Shown: positions 1 through 10,061, counted from the first letter of the stretch. The stretch: DNA of 64,000 nt from an uncultured cyanobacterium (GCA_963740315.1 CAVUDP010000002.1:3744001-3808000); one strand, 5' to 3'. Numbers and translations are program-made. Notes: generated from the sequence alone by a model not told the origin.

Positions 1-28
1 CAAGAGATAATTAAAGAAATTCATATTT

Positions 29-274
29 TTAACTTGCCAACGGCGGCACAGAAGAATTTATGACGTGTTTTCTTCGGAAAGATAATAGATGATTGTTTTT
101 CTTGGTTGGATTTAACTGTGTTGGTAATTCTCCAGCTATCGTCTCTGTAGATAAAACCGATTTTTTACTAGTACATACTGGCATAGCTTGCCAACAACTC
201 CGACAAAACCAGTAACTTCCATTTGTACCAACATAAGACAAAAGTATATCGTTACAGCAGGGACAGCAATGCAT
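29..274 (-). CDS. small Cys-rich (zinc-ribbon-like) hypothetical protein
   Basis: CPCC...WFCRSCWQ pattern; ATG at 274 with GAGGA RBS preferred over TTG at 301. Confidence 0.6.
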   Translation of the reverse strand: MHCCPCCNDILLSYVGTNGSYWFCRSCWQAMPVCTSKKSVLSTETIAGELPTQLNPTKKNNHLLSFRRKHVINSSVPPLAS

Positions 275-320
275 GATTAAATCCTCAGTGTTCCATTGCA
301 ATGACTATAAATTTTAAATT

Positions 321-336
321 TGAGGAACTTGTGAGG
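321..336 (-). promoter_or_regulatory. CCTCA-N6-CCTCA box (CCTCACAAGTTCCTCA), TATAGT 11 bp downstream
   Basis: One of 10 copies; oriented toward ORF 29..274. Confidence 0.75.
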
Positions 337-428
337 AGAGAGGAGGATTGAGGGAGGGGGAGAGTGGGGGAGAGGGGTAAGAATAATTAATTTAATACTT
401 TATTAATGGATTGAATACCTTATTTAAA

Positions 429-453
429 GTAGGGAGCGAGACGCTCCCACTAC
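429..453 (+). repeat. REP-like palindrome GTAGGGAGCGAGACGCTCCCACTAC
   Basis: GTAG-led hairpin; near-identical copy at 3101-3124, so the two flank ppsA. Confidence 0.7.
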
Positions 454-502
454 ATTCTTAATTCCTAACTCATAACTCCTAACTCATAACTCTTAAAATC
501 GT

Positions 503-518
503 CCTCACAAAATCCTCA
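503..518 (+). promoter_or_regulatory. CCTCA-N6-CCTCA box upstream of ppsA, TATAAA 11 bp downstream
   Basis: CCTCACAAAATCCTCA seen directly. Confidence 0.75.
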
Positions 519-601
519 AATTAACCAACTATAAAAATATTTGTGTGAGAAGAGAACGGAAACGCTGGTATTGCTCAAATCGAGTTATGGAAGTAAAAGC
601 G

Positions 602-3067
602 ATGCAAAACACGGTTATTAATCAAAAATCGAAACGCTCTCTTTCGATTGAACAAGCTTTAGTATTACCTTTTGATGAAGTTGGAATTGTTGATATATCT
701 AAAGTTGGTGGAAAAAACGCTTCTTTGGGTGAAATGATTCGTCAGCTTGAACCCAAGGGTGTAAAAGTTCCTACCGGATTTGCTACTACTGCTGACGCTT
801 ATCGATATTTTATCAAAGCGGCAGGATTGGAAACGAAACTTAGAGAAATATTTGCAGATTTAGATGTAGAGGATATTAGCAACCTGCGAGAACGGGGTAG
901 AAAAGCAAGAATTTTAATGTTGCAAACCTCTTTTCCTGAAGAATTGCAGCAAGCTATAGCCCAAGCTTACCAAAATCTCTGCAACCAGTACGGTACCGAT
1001 ACTGATGTCGCAGTTCGCTCTAGTGCTACTGCTGAAGATTTGCCAGATGCTAGTTTTGCAGGACAGCAAGAAACTTATCTCAACGTCCACGGACTACCTA
1101 ATGTTTTACAAGCTTGTCATAAGTGTTTTGCATCGATTTTTACCGATAGAGCCATTTCTTACCGTCAAATAAAAGGCTTTGACCATTTTGATGTAGCCCT
1201 TTCTGTCGGCGTGCAAAAAATGGTACGTTCTGACTTATCAACTTCTGGCGTGATGTTTTCCATCGATACAGAAACTGGCTTTAAAGATGCGGCTTTAATT
1301 ACAGCAGCCTATGGTTTGGGTGAAAATGTGGTGCAAGGTGCAGTAAATCCCGATGAGTATTTGGTATTTAAACCGACGCTCAAACAAGGTTATTATCCCA
1401 TTTTAAAAAAACGTCTGGGAAGTAAAGAAATCAAGATGGTTTACGAAATGGGAGGGACAAAATTAACCAAAAATATTCCCGTACCCGTTGGCGATCGCTA
1501 TTTATTTGCTTTATCCGACGAAGAAATTTTAAAGTTAGCTCATTGGGCTTGTTTAATCGAGGAACACTACTCAAAAGTGCGCGGTACTTATACTCCGATG
1601 GATATCGAATGGGCAAAAGACGGTATCACCAACGAATTATTTATCGTCCAAGCTCGTCCTGAAACGGTACAGTCGCAGAAGGTAAATAACGTTTTGCGTA
1701 CCTATCATTTCGTCAAAGATAATAATTCCTCCCCTCTTCCCCCACTCTCCCCCTCGCCCACTCCTCTCCTCACTGGACGTAGTGTAGGCTCTGCAATCGG
1801 ACAAGGTAAAGCCAAAGTAATCCTTGATGTAAATAATCTCAATCTGTTTGAAGAAGGTGATGTACTGATAACAAACCGTACAGACCCAGATTGGGAACCA
1901 ATCATGAAAAAAGCTGCTGCCATAGTAACTAATTCTGGTGGTCGTACTTGTCACAGCGCTATTATTGCTAGAGAATTAGGAATTCCGGCAGTAGTTGGTT
2001 GCGGTAATGCCACTACGACTTTAACAACAGGAGAAGATATCACCGTTTCTTGTGCTGAAGGTGAAACGGGTAAAGTTTACCGGGGTTTACTACCTTATGA
2101 AGTAGAAGAAATACATCTGGAAAAATTGCCCCATATCCCCACAAAAATAATGATGAATGTGGGTAATCCCGAAGAAGCTTTTGGTTTAAGTGCTATACCT
2201 AACTCGGGTGTGGGACTTGCAAGGATGGAATTTATTATTGCTAACCATATCAAAGCGCACCCACTAGCATTAATTTATTTTCATGAGTTGACAGATAAAT
2301 TTGAGAAATCCAAAATTTTTGAATTAACTCGTAATTACGAAGATAAAACGCAATTCTTTGTAGATAAATTAGCTAGAGGAATCGGAACTATAGCCGCAGC
2401 ATTTTATCCCAAACCTGTAATTGTCCGTTTGAGTGATTTCAAAAGTAACGAATATTCCAATCTTTTGGGTGGAAAACAATTTGAACCACACGAAGAAAAC
2501 CCGATGTTAGGATGGCGTGGTGCTTCTCGTTATTACGATCCAAAATACCGCGAAGGTTTTGCTTTAGAATGTCGGGCTATGAAACGAGTACGAGACGAAA
2601 TGGGTTTAACCAACGTGATTTTAATGGTTCCATTCTGTCGCACTCCCGAAGAAGGTAGCCGTGTTTTAGCAGAGATGGCAAAAAACGGTTTAGTCAAAGG
2701 TGAAAACGGCTTGCAGGTTTACGTAATGTGCGAATTACCTTCTAACGTTCAACTGGCAGATGAATTTTGCGAAGTTTTCGACGGTTTTTCAATCGGTTCC
2801 AATGATTTAACTCAGCTAACCCTTGGTTTAGATAGAGATTCGGAATTAGTAGCGCATTTGTTTGACGAACGTAACGAAGCAGTCAAGCGGATGATAGCTA
2901 AAGCAATAACCACCGTCAAACAAAACGGACGTAAAATCGGTATCTGCGGACAAGCACCCAGCGACTATCCCGAATTTGCTCGCTTTTTAGTAGAGCAAGG
3001 AATTGATTCAATGAGTCTTAATCCGGATTCGGTGTTGAAGACGCTTTTAGAAATTGCTTCACTTTAA
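602..3067 (+). CDS. ppsA: phosphoenolpyruvate synthase (pyruvate, water dikinase)
   Basis: VGGKNASLGEM, AVRSSATAED, GGRTCHSAI phospho-His motif, FSIGSNDLTQ; start could be 587 or 602. Confidence 0.95.
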   Translation: MQNTVINQKSKRSLSIEQALVLPFDEVGIVDISKVGGKNASLGEMIRQLEPKGVKVPTGFATTADAYRYFIKAAGLETKLREIFADLDVEDISNLRERGRKARILMLQTSFPEELQQAIAQAYQNLCNQYGTDTDVAVRSSATAEDLPDASFAGQQETYLNVHGLPNVLQACHKCFASIFTDRAISYRQIKGFDHFDVALSVGVQKMVRSDLSTSGVMFSIDTETGFKDAALITAAYGLGENVVQGAVNPDEYLVFKPTLKQGYYPILKKRLGSKEIKMVYEMGGTKLTKNIPVPVGDRYLFALSDEEILKLAHWACLIEEHYSKVRGTYTPMDIEWAKDGITNELFIVQARPETVQSQKVNNVLRTYHFVKDNNSSPLPPLSPSPTPLLTGRSVGSAIGQGKAKVILDVNNLNLFEEGDVLITNRTDPDWEPIMKKAAAIVTNSGGRTCHSAIIARELGIPAVVGCGNATTTLTTGEDITVSCAEGETGKVYRGLLPYEVEEIHLEKLPHIPTKIMMNVGNPEEAFGLSAIPNSGVGLARMEFIIANHIKAHPLALIYFHELTDKFEKSKIFELTRNYEDKTQFFVDKLARGIGTIAAAFYPKPVIVRLSDFKSNEYSNLLGGKQFEPHEENPMLGWRGASRYYDPKYREGFALECRAMKRVRDEMGLTNVILMVPFCRTPEEGSRVLAEMAKNGLVKGENGLQVYVMCELPSNVQLADEFCEVFDGFSIGSNDLTQLTLGLDRDSELVAHLFDERNEAVKRMIAKAITTVKQNGRKIGICGQAPSDYPEFARFLVEQGIDSMSLNPDSVLKTLLEIASL

Positions 3068-3100
3068 AGAAGTGGGAGGAGGAGACAAGGATGGTTTTTC

Positions 3101-3124
3101 TAGGGAGCGAGACGCTCCCACTAC
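3101..3124 (+). repeat. REP-like palindrome, second copy
   Basis: TAGGGAGCGAGACGCTCCCACTAC matches 430-453. Confidence 0.7.
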
Positions 3125-3145
3125 GTTTTTAATATTTACTACTTA

Positions 3146-3200
3146 TGACTCCTCACTCCTCACTCCTAACTGATAACTGTTCACTGTTCACTGTTCACTG
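3146..3200. repeat. STRR-type heptamer tandem repeats
   Basis: ACTCCTC, ACTGATA and ACTGTTC units; similar tracts at 464-493, 59645-59706, 62795-62876, 63881-63990. Confidence 0.8.
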
Positions 3201-3208
3201 AAAATATT

Positions 3209-3745
3209 ATGTTTAACAAAATTTTGGTTTCGATTGACAATTCTGATATGACTCAACACGTTGTTGATGAAGCTGTATCTTTAGCAAAAGCAACGGGTGG
3301 AAGTTTGATGTTTCTACACGTTATATCTCCACTGGATGAGCCATATTTTGACCCTTTGTTTATGCAACCAACTATTCTTTATACAGAATTACACCAAGAA
3401 GCTCATAAGAAGAATTTGAGCGATTGGGAAAAATTTAAGCAAGACAAACATAATTGGCTGCGTTCTTTATGTGATTCAGCAACTTCTTCTGGTGTCAAAA
3501 CTGAGTTCACTCTTAATATAGGCGAACCAAGTAGCAGGATTTGCGATATGGCTCGTAGTTGGGATGCTGATGTAATTGTAATTGGTCGTCGAGGTCATCG
3601 CGGTTTAAGTGAATTGTTTTTAGGTAGCGTTAGTAATTATGTAATGCACCATGCACCTTGTTCGGTGCTAACAGTTCAAGGTTTTACTGTTCCGACTGCG
3701 GAAACATCTCAAGTGAAAAAAATAGAAATAAAAAATGCTGATTAA
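3209..3745 (+). CDS. universal stress protein (USP)
   Basis: MFNKILVSID start; IVIGRRGHRGLSELFLGSVSNYVMHHAPCSVL. Confidence 0.92.
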   Translation: MFNKILVSIDNSDMTQHVVDEAVSLAKATGGSLMFLHVISPLDEPYFDPLFMQPTILYTELHQEAHKKNLSDWEKFKQDKHNWLRSLCDSATSSGVKTEFTLNIGEPSSRICDMARSWDADVIVIGRRGHRGLSELFLGSVSNYVMHHAPCSVLTVQGFTVPTAETSQVKKIEIKNAD

Positions 3746-3753
3746 AAAATAAA

Positions 3754-4001
3754 TAATTGAGGGAAGCGAGATAATTCGCGGTAGCGAAGTTGCGCTGTCA
3801 AATTCCTACATTGCTGGTGCGATTCTGTTGGGAATTGCCCCTTGTACTGCAATGGTATTGATGTGGGGATATCTTTCTTACAGCAATCAAGGACACACCT
3901 TGGTAATGGTGGCAGTAAATTCCATTGACTGGATTCCTTTAAGTATAGGAGCAGTTAGACCAACTCAGGGTAGAACTTTGGCTGTAATGCAAGTCAGTGG
4001 T
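3754..4001 (+). pseudogene. fused acr3/arsH relic of a second arsenic operon
   Basis: 3754-3923 matches acr3 52541-52710; 3924-4001 matches arsH 53636-53713. Confidence 0.9.
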
Positions 4002-4141
4002 TGGATAGAAGGGAGTAAACTAACGCCAACTTGAATCAGCCACATGAGGTGATGTTTTGAGGGTGAGTAGTTAGCGCGATCGCAAACTCACCTACAAATA
4101 TTGCAAGATTTTCCATACCGTCCAATCTTCTGTCACCAAAC

Positions 4142-4717
4142 CTAAATAGACTTGATTTTTGTCCACCACTCCAACAACACAGCTCGACATTGCAAACAGG
4201 TCAATGAATTAAGTAACGATGCGATACCATCATGATTAATTGGATACATCGCTCCGATAAAATTTGATGGTATCTGCACGGTGGATTGTAATTCAACAAC
4301 AAATCCAAACAGTTTCTGATTAGAGAAGGAACTATTTATAGTCCAGCCCTGGGTATTTAAAGGTGTCAGTTGGGAAATTGTATCTGCTGTAATTCCCAAT
4401 TCTCGCTGAAGAATTTTCGGCACCATTGTAATAGGTTTCTCTGCTTCTGGAACTCTTCCACCGGGAAAATCGAGGGTTTTTTCTTGCACTCCCGGACGAT
4501 AGCTTGGGGGTGGTAAAATTAATTGCTGGTTTTGAATTGGTAAAATAATTACCGAGTCTGCTTTTTCTACTCGCCAATATTCGAGGATTTGTCCCTTATC
4601 ATCTTGGAGATGTTCGCCAATTACTGTCACCCATCGGGAGTGTAACTCTAAGATTTTATCCTGAATTTGCCAACCTGTATTCATAAACAGCAGTTCCCAG
4701 ATTTGGAAAATGAGCAA
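4142..4717 (-). CDS. NUDIX hydrolase-like protein
   Basis: YRPGV..TLDFPGGRV...ILQRELG, a degenerate Nudix box; start may be 4684. Confidence 0.7.
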   Translation of the reverse strand: MLIFQIWELLFMNTGWQIQDKILELHSRWVTVIGEHLQDDKGQILEYWRVEKADSVIILPIQNQQLILPPPSYRPGVQEKTLDFPGGRVPEAEKPITMVPKILQRELGITADTISQLTPLNTQGWTINSSFSNQKLFGFVVELQSTVQIPSNFIGAMYPINHDGIASLLNSLTCLQCRAVLLEWWTKIKSI

Positions 4718-4762
4718 GAGTAGTATTTCTGATAGCGGTGGTTGATTTCAAAATATCGCGGC

Positions 4763-4981
4763 TTATATTTTTGCTGCTGCTAATTCGGCTTTAGCTTCAG
4801 ATGCCAATTCTTTACCACCTTCATACACAACTATACCTGCTTTGATGGTTCCCTTAGCAATGGATTTACCAACTTTCTTCACTACCGGAACCACAACTGG
4901 TGCAAGTAAAAAAGCACCTACACTGCCAAGGACTAATCCTATTATTCCACTAGGAAAGAGACAGCGATAACCCGTCCTCAC
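4763..4981 (-). CDS. small membrane protein, DUF5132-like (possibly truncated)
   Basis: GAFLLAPVVVPVVKKVGKSIAKGTIKAGIVVYE pattern. Confidence 0.5.
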   Translation of the reverse strand: MRTGYRCLFPSGIIGLVLGSVGAFLLAPVVVPVVKKVGKSIAKGTIKAGIVVYEGGKELASEAKAELAAAKI

Positions 4982-5007
4982 TATTTTGAGTCACACTCTT
5001 GGCTAAT

Positions 5008-5475
5008 TCATATTTCCATTTCACGATTAATTCCCTCCTTTATCCCATTATCTGGGTGAAAATCTCTTTCAAAGTCCCCACCTCTACTAAACTGTCCAAA
5101 ACGACGACCTCTACGTCTTTTGTGACGATGACCAAAAGCTTCTTCTGAGGGGGAATCATCAATTTGAGTCTCTTGTGTGGATAAGAGTTGTTGAATCTCT
5201 CCTATCAATTGTCGTACTTTTTGCCATTCTCCAGACTCAACAGATTCAGCGTCACATTTGGTTTGCCATTCATTTAAAATTGCATTCAGCTGCGAATAAG
5301 TTGCTCGACACATATATTCTCCTTGGTCTAACTGTTTACCAATCTCCAACAGTTCCTCTCTCAGTGCTACGGGAACCCGGATGGTTTTGGTTTCACCGTG
5401 CCTCCAGCCAGCTTTTCTCCCGGCATTTCTCCGGCATCCACCTCTACCCATATTCATATTCGTTTTCATTTTCAT
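5008..5475 (-). CDS. hypothetical protein with putative ribbon-helix-helix-like N-terminus
   Basis: AGRKAGWRHGETKTIRVPVAL motif; GAGG RBS. Confidence 0.55.
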   Translation of the reverse strand: MKMKTNMNMGRGGCRRNAGRKAGWRHGETKTIRVPVALREELLEIGKQLDQGEYMCRATYSQLNAILNEWQTKCDAESVESGEWQKVRQLIGEIQQLLSTQETQIDDSPSEEAFGHRHKRRRGRRFGQFSRGGDFERDFHPDNGIKEGINREMEI

Positions 5476-5631
5476 GACCTCGTTTATTTCTTACACTTTT
5501 ATTATAGAATATATTTTTGATTTTGTGTCAATATCTATAGTCTATTACTAGTAGATATTATAGATTTTGTGACGAAATAGTTTTTGTAGATTTATCCGTA
5601 AAAATTTAGAATAATTTCCCTCACTCCCTCT

Positions 5632-6564
5632 TTATTGATTCCACATCGGAGTACTGAGATATCGCTCTCCAGAACTTGCTTGAACAGCCACAATCAATTT
5701 ACCTTGATATTCTGGTATGGCTCCTACTTGTAATGCTGCATACAAAACTGCTCCTGTAGAAATACCACTAATAATGCCTTCCTGTCGCGCCAGTTGACGA
5801 CCTAGTTCATAAGCTTGTTCATCAGCAACAGTGACAATTTCATCAATTAAATCGACCCGCAGCACATCTGGAATAAAGCCTGCACCAATACCTTGGATAT
5901 TGTGTAATCCGGGGGACTGATGATTTAGGACAGCACTAGTGGCAGGTTCAACCGCGACAATTCTTATTTGGGGATTTTTTTGTTTGAGGTAGCGTCCAGC
6001 ACCTGTTAGAGTTCCCCCAGTTCCGACACCAACCACAAGTACAGCAATCTTTCCCTCTGTATCCTGCCAAATTTCTGGTCCTGTGGTTTGGTAGTGAATT
6101 TTGGGGTTAGCAGGATTGCTGAATTGCTGGGGAGAAAAGGTATTAGGGATACTGGCTAGCAGTTCATTAGCGCGGGATATGGCACCAGCCATGTCTTCTG
6201 CTTCGGGAGTGGTGACAACTTCAGCACCATAAGCTTGAATAATTTGCTGACGTTCTCGGCTCATATTTTCTGGCATTGTCAGGATTAAACGATATCCTTT
6301 AGCAGCACAAACCATTGCTAAACCGATACCAGTATTACCAGAAGTTGCCTCAATAATTGTGGAAACTCCTGGCTGTATTAAACCAGCCGCTTCTGCCTCA
6401 ATAATCATACTGATAGCAATGCGGTCTTTTACTGATTTTGCCGGATTCATCCCTTCCAATTTTAGGGCGATATTAGCAACGCAGTTTGCATTTTTGGGTA
6501 AATTTTGTAGTTTTACCAAGGGGGTACGACCAATGATTTCGGTAATATTGTTATAAATGGGCAT
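5632..6564 (-). CDS. cysK: cysteine synthase A
   Basis: NPAKSVKDRIA PLP lysine, EATSGNTGIGLA, GTGGT, IQGIGAGFIP. Confidence 0.93.
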   Translation of the reverse strand: MPIYNNITEIIGRTPLVKLQNLPKNANCVANIALKLEGMNPAKSVKDRIAISMIIEAEAAGLIQPGVSTIIEATSGNTGIGLAMVCAAKGYRLILTMPENMSRERQQIIQAYGAEVVTTPEAEDMAGAISRANELLASIPNTFSPQQFSNPANPKIHYQTTGPEIWQDTEGKIAVLVVGVGTGGTLTGAGRYLKQKNPQIRIVAVEPATSAVLNHQSPGLHNIQGIGAGFIPDVLRVDLIDEIVTVADEQAYELGRQLARQEGIISGISTGAVLYAALQVGAIPEYQGKLIVAVQASSGERYLSTPMWNQ

Positions 6565-6717
6565 GGTTTTTATTAGTTGAAATAGTTATTTTTGATATTT
6601 AATGACAGTACTTTTCCTGCGAACAAGCTACAAATAAATTTCAGCAAGCTGAAGTTTCTTGTAATTAATATGCAATAGAAATCAATCAGATTTTGGAAAA
6701 TTTTTACTCTGCAATTT

Positions 6718-9348
6718 CTAAAACATAACTTGAAAAAATACGACAATGAACCCTATCATTAAAAATATATGAGGTAAGTTACTTAGTAGTGGACGTTTGG
6801 TAATTTTGACTAAAGGATAAATGCTGAAAATGAGTATAGATAGCAGAGTTACGCCTTGAAGGAAAGCTGCTACATCCATACTCCAAGTCAAGGTAGGTAA
6901 ACCTGCACCACTATATCCAAAGCTACGAGCAAATACCGGGAGAATTTTTCCTGCTTCTGTAATCGCCGAGGGGATATAGTAAGCTAAATTTGCCCCCAGA
7001 GTCATGGGCAAGTAAGCGTAGATTACAGTGAGATAATCTGGCATTTTATTGTCAATAATTCGGGCAATTTGGTGAGTAAAATAAGTAGCAATAAAAGGAA
7101 TACTTAATAATATTGTCACCACGGGTATAGCAGTTAGTAAATGTTCAGAATCAAGGAGAATATCCCCAAACCCAAACCAAGTTAAAATTCGGTGGGAATA
7201 GTGCATAAACACTCCACCGAAAAGCAGCAACATTAAAGCAACTTCTGCCCAGAAACCTTGATGATTTTCTAATAAATCAGTGGCAGGAAAACGCAAATTA
7301 AGCTGTACAGAACGATTGGGGCAAGCTTTTAAACAAGTCATGCATAAAACACAATCCCGATTATCTTTTAATTGAGCGGGATGGGAGTAAAGGGGACATC
7401 CTGATGTAGCTTGTCCTTCTGTAGAAAGAGCATCGGCAAAGTTTACTGGGTTAGCATCACTACCTTTGTAGCAAGCAAATACACTGCATTGACTGCCACA
7501 CACTTGCTGAGTTGAACGCAATTCCACCATCGATAGTTTGGCAAACATCCCATTCATACCCCCGATGGGACAAAGATAGCGACACCACAGACGACGCTCA
7601 TAAATTATGCTACCAATTACTGCTCCAGCAGCGATAATTAGTAATAACGAGGCGGAAAGATAAGGGGTATGGGGTAAATCCCAGAGTTTTTCCCATAGGT
7701 AAATGGCGACAAAACCAGCCCAAAGTAACCAAGCACCCCATTTGTTTAACCATTTTGTCGGCCAAGGTAATAATTTTCGAGGGAAAATCCACAAGGATAT
7801 CTTTCGCAACCATTCCCCGGTAATCATAAACGGACAGACAGCACACCATAGGCGACCTGCAATCGGAAATAATAACAGGTAAAAGGGCCACCACCATGCC
7901 CAAAAGAAATTTAGAGTTATGCTGGTATCCCTGGTTTGGGGTCCAATATAGCCCATAATAGTCACAGGGATAAAAATCACCATCATCAGTATCCAGAAGC
8001 GTTCGGGCCACCATTTACTCAAGAGAAACCGGCGTAACCAGGGTATTTGATTGAGTAAATCTACACGAAAGGCATTTTTTTTCGATTCCACCGACCATAA
8101 TACTTGCTCTGGAATTACTGACTGTTCGGTGGGTGTCATGGCGACAGCGCGTTTGATAATCCCTTCGAGTTCTACCAAATTTGCTGGGTAATCGTAACTT
8201 ATCAAGCGACGGATATCGGCTTGATTGAGTTCTAAAATACTTCGTCCTCGTTGCCGACAAAATTTCTTTAAAAAATAGGTAGCAAAATCTGGGATATCCT
8301 GTTTGCGTTGAGGAAGGGAAAATAACTTGATTTGATGGGCTTCTACGTCATTCAAACTAATCTTACTGTGACTAGCGAGGATTAAACGTACCCAAGAAGA
8401 AAGAGGAGGTGAATTTTCTACGTTGGTTTTTAATTTACCTGTTTTAAGGTAATCAATCAGGCGTTCGCGTTCTGTTTTCTGCAATAATTGAACGTTATCA
8501 ATCAACAATGTACCTCTTTCCAAAAGTTCAATTACACCCGGTTGGTCTGGTTTCCCAAATATGCTATCTGTATTAATTAAACCCGCTTCATCACGGGGTA
8601 ACTGAGCTAGATCAATTTCTGCAAAGGGGCGATTATGTAATCCCGAACTTGCATGAATTAACCCAGCAATAAAAGTTTTACCACTACCATGTGGAGCTTG
8701 TAAAATTATAGGCTTTAAATCAGTCACTACTTGCTTAAGTTGCTGTTGCAGTTTTTGACTTGCTTTACTCTCACCAATGATTGACTCGGCAATTGGTACA
8801 GGCTGAATATAACTTTGCAACCCTTGAATTCTAGCTTGTTCTTTAGATAGACGTTGAGCAAAATTAGCTAAGTCTTGGGCAAGAAAATTATTGATTGCAC
8901 TTTGAATCTGGGGATAATTGTCCTGGAGTTGAAGAAAATCATCCCGTCCCAGAAACCAAATCTCGCTTTTAGAAAGAGCCACAGCACCAGCACGATAGGT
9001 AGCATTTACCTGTTGCTCTACTAATGGTACGTAGCCAAAAACATCACCTGCATTACGATAAGTGATGTGGGTTTTACCTACAAGGGATTGGCGATAAATC
9101 TCCACCGAACCCCATTTGAGTAGATACAAACCTACTGGTTTTAAATCTTGCCGATAAATTTCGGTATTTGCTTCTACTTTGAGAATTTGCAAACGTTTGG
9201 CGATCGCATTAATCACCTCTTGGCTCAACTGTCCCCAAATACGATGGAAACTTAGCCAATCGACACATTCTAAAACCGCTTGTTCGTCAATTTTTAACTC
9301 CCCATCAATTGCGGGTTGTAGAGGTAGTAGTTGCACTTGACTGGTCAT
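6718..9348 (-). CDS. cNMP-binding / sigma54-type AAA+-like / polytopic 4Fe-4S membrane protein
   Basis: N-terminal CAP-like domain; GSGKT and YPANLVEL AAA motifs; GRLWCAVCP, WCRYLCPIG, CVLCMTCLKACP; many TM helices. Confidence 0.8.
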   Translation of the reverse strand: MTSQVQLLPLQPAIDGELKIDEQAVLECVDWLSFHRIWGQLSQEVINAIAKRLQILKVEANTEIYRQDLKPVGLYLLKWGSVEIYRQSLVGKTHITYRNAGDVFGYVPLVEQQVNATYRAGAVALSKSEIWFLGRDDFLQLQDNYPQIQSAINNFLAQDLANFAQRLSKEQARIQGLQSYIQPVPIAESIIGESKASQKLQQQLKQVVTDLKPIILQAPHGSGKTFIAGLIHASSGLHNRPFAEIDLAQLPRDEAGLINTDSIFGKPDQPGVIELLERGTLLIDNVQLLQKTERERLIDYLKTGKLKTNVENSPPLSSWVRLILASHSKISLNDVEAHQIKLFSLPQRKQDIPDFATYFLKKFCRQRGRSILELNQADIRRLISYDYPANLVELEGIIKRAVAMTPTEQSVIPEQVLWSVESKKNAFRVDLLNQIPWLRRFLLSKWWPERFWILMMVIFIPVTIMGYIGPQTRDTSITLNFFWAWWWPFYLLLFPIAGRLWCAVCPFMITGEWLRKISLWIFPRKLLPWPTKWLNKWGAWLLWAGFVAIYLWEKLWDLPHTPYLSASLLLIIAAGAVIGSIIYERRLWCRYLCPIGGMNGMFAKLSMVELRSTQQVCGSQCSVFACYKGSDANPVNFADALSTEGQATSGCPLYSHPAQLKDNRDCVLCMTCLKACPNRSVQLNLRFPATDLLENHQGFWAEVALMLLLFGGVFMHYSHRILTWFGFGDILLDSEHLLTAIPVVTILLSIPFIATYFTHQIARIIDNKMPDYLTVIYAYLPMTLGANLAYYIPSAITEAGKILPVFARSFGYSGAGLPTLTWSMDVAAFLQGVTLLSILIFSIYPLVKITKRPLLSNLPHIFLMIGFIVVFFQVMF

Positions 9349-9375
9349 GATTACTATATTTCTGTGTAAGGAGTA

Positions 9376-9864
9376 TTATGAATTATCTTGACTGGCTGCT
9401 TTCCAGCCATTCATACTGGGTGGAAAACCTTGCACGTTGTCATAGCCGAGCAAGTGTAAAGACATGACTGCCATTGCAGAACGATAACCAGAGGAGCAGT
9501 AAACTACTACAGGTTGTTTTTTGGGAATTTTATCTAAGTTCTGAGCCAATGTCCGCAGGGGAATATTTATAGCGTCATCAATATGACCAGATGCATACTC
9601 AGAAGGCTCTCTCACATCCACTAAAAAAATATTATCTTGTTTGAGCAAACGTTTTAACCCTTCCACTTTTCCGACGGTGTAATAGTTTCCTGGGATGGAT
9701 TTAAGATAATCATCCACTGCTGTTTTCATGTTATTAACCTCTGAATTAGATACTATTGGGATGGGGGATGCTAAGGCTGACGAGTCATAGCCAAGACCCG
9801 AAAATGCATAAATAAATACACAAAATACTAGTAGATTTACAGTTAAAAAATGACCGATTTTCAT
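9376..9864 (-). CDS. exported rhodanese-domain protein
   Basis: Hydrophobic N-terminus; VDVREPSEY and YCSSGYRS. Confidence 0.85.
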   Translation of the reverse strand: MKIGHFLTVNLLVFCVFIYAFSGLGYDSSALASPIPIVSNSEVNNMKTAVDDYLKSIPGNYYTVGKVEGLKRLLKQDNIFLVDVREPSEYASGHIDDAINIPLRTLAQNLDKIPKKQPVVVYCSSGYRSAMAVMSLHLLGYDNVQGFPPSMNGWKAASQDNS

Positions 9865-10045
9865 GAGTAATTATTTCTTGATAGTAATGAGTGAAGCCGT
9901 TAAATAACAACAAAATACAGTAGGAATACTATAATGAATTGATATTTGCGGGCTATTATTTGTAATCCGCTTACTCTAAACACAGCATTAGGTGTTTATT
10001 GGATAACTTTTGGCTTTCCTGCATTCTTAATCTAAAAAAATATGT

Positions 10046-10061
10046 TGAGGAACTTGTGAGG
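10046..10061 (-). promoter_or_regulatory. CCTCA-N6-CCTCA box, TAGATT 11 bp downstream
   Basis: Identical to 321-336; upstream of the rhodanese/cNMP-AAA/cysK run. Confidence 0.75.

Noticed and set aside
3828..4034. 68-aa ORF as a real gene
   Set aside because: It is the read-through of the acr3/arsH relic with an internal TTG start.
5535..5565. CTATTACTAGTAGATAT as another ArsR-type operator
   Set aside because: The right half-site and spacing do not fit the consensus, and the region is very AT-rich.
6718..9348. Call as a true sigma54-dependent transcriptional activator
   Set aside because: No GAFTGA loop, altered Walker B and no DNA-binding HTH; cyanobacteria lack RpoN.
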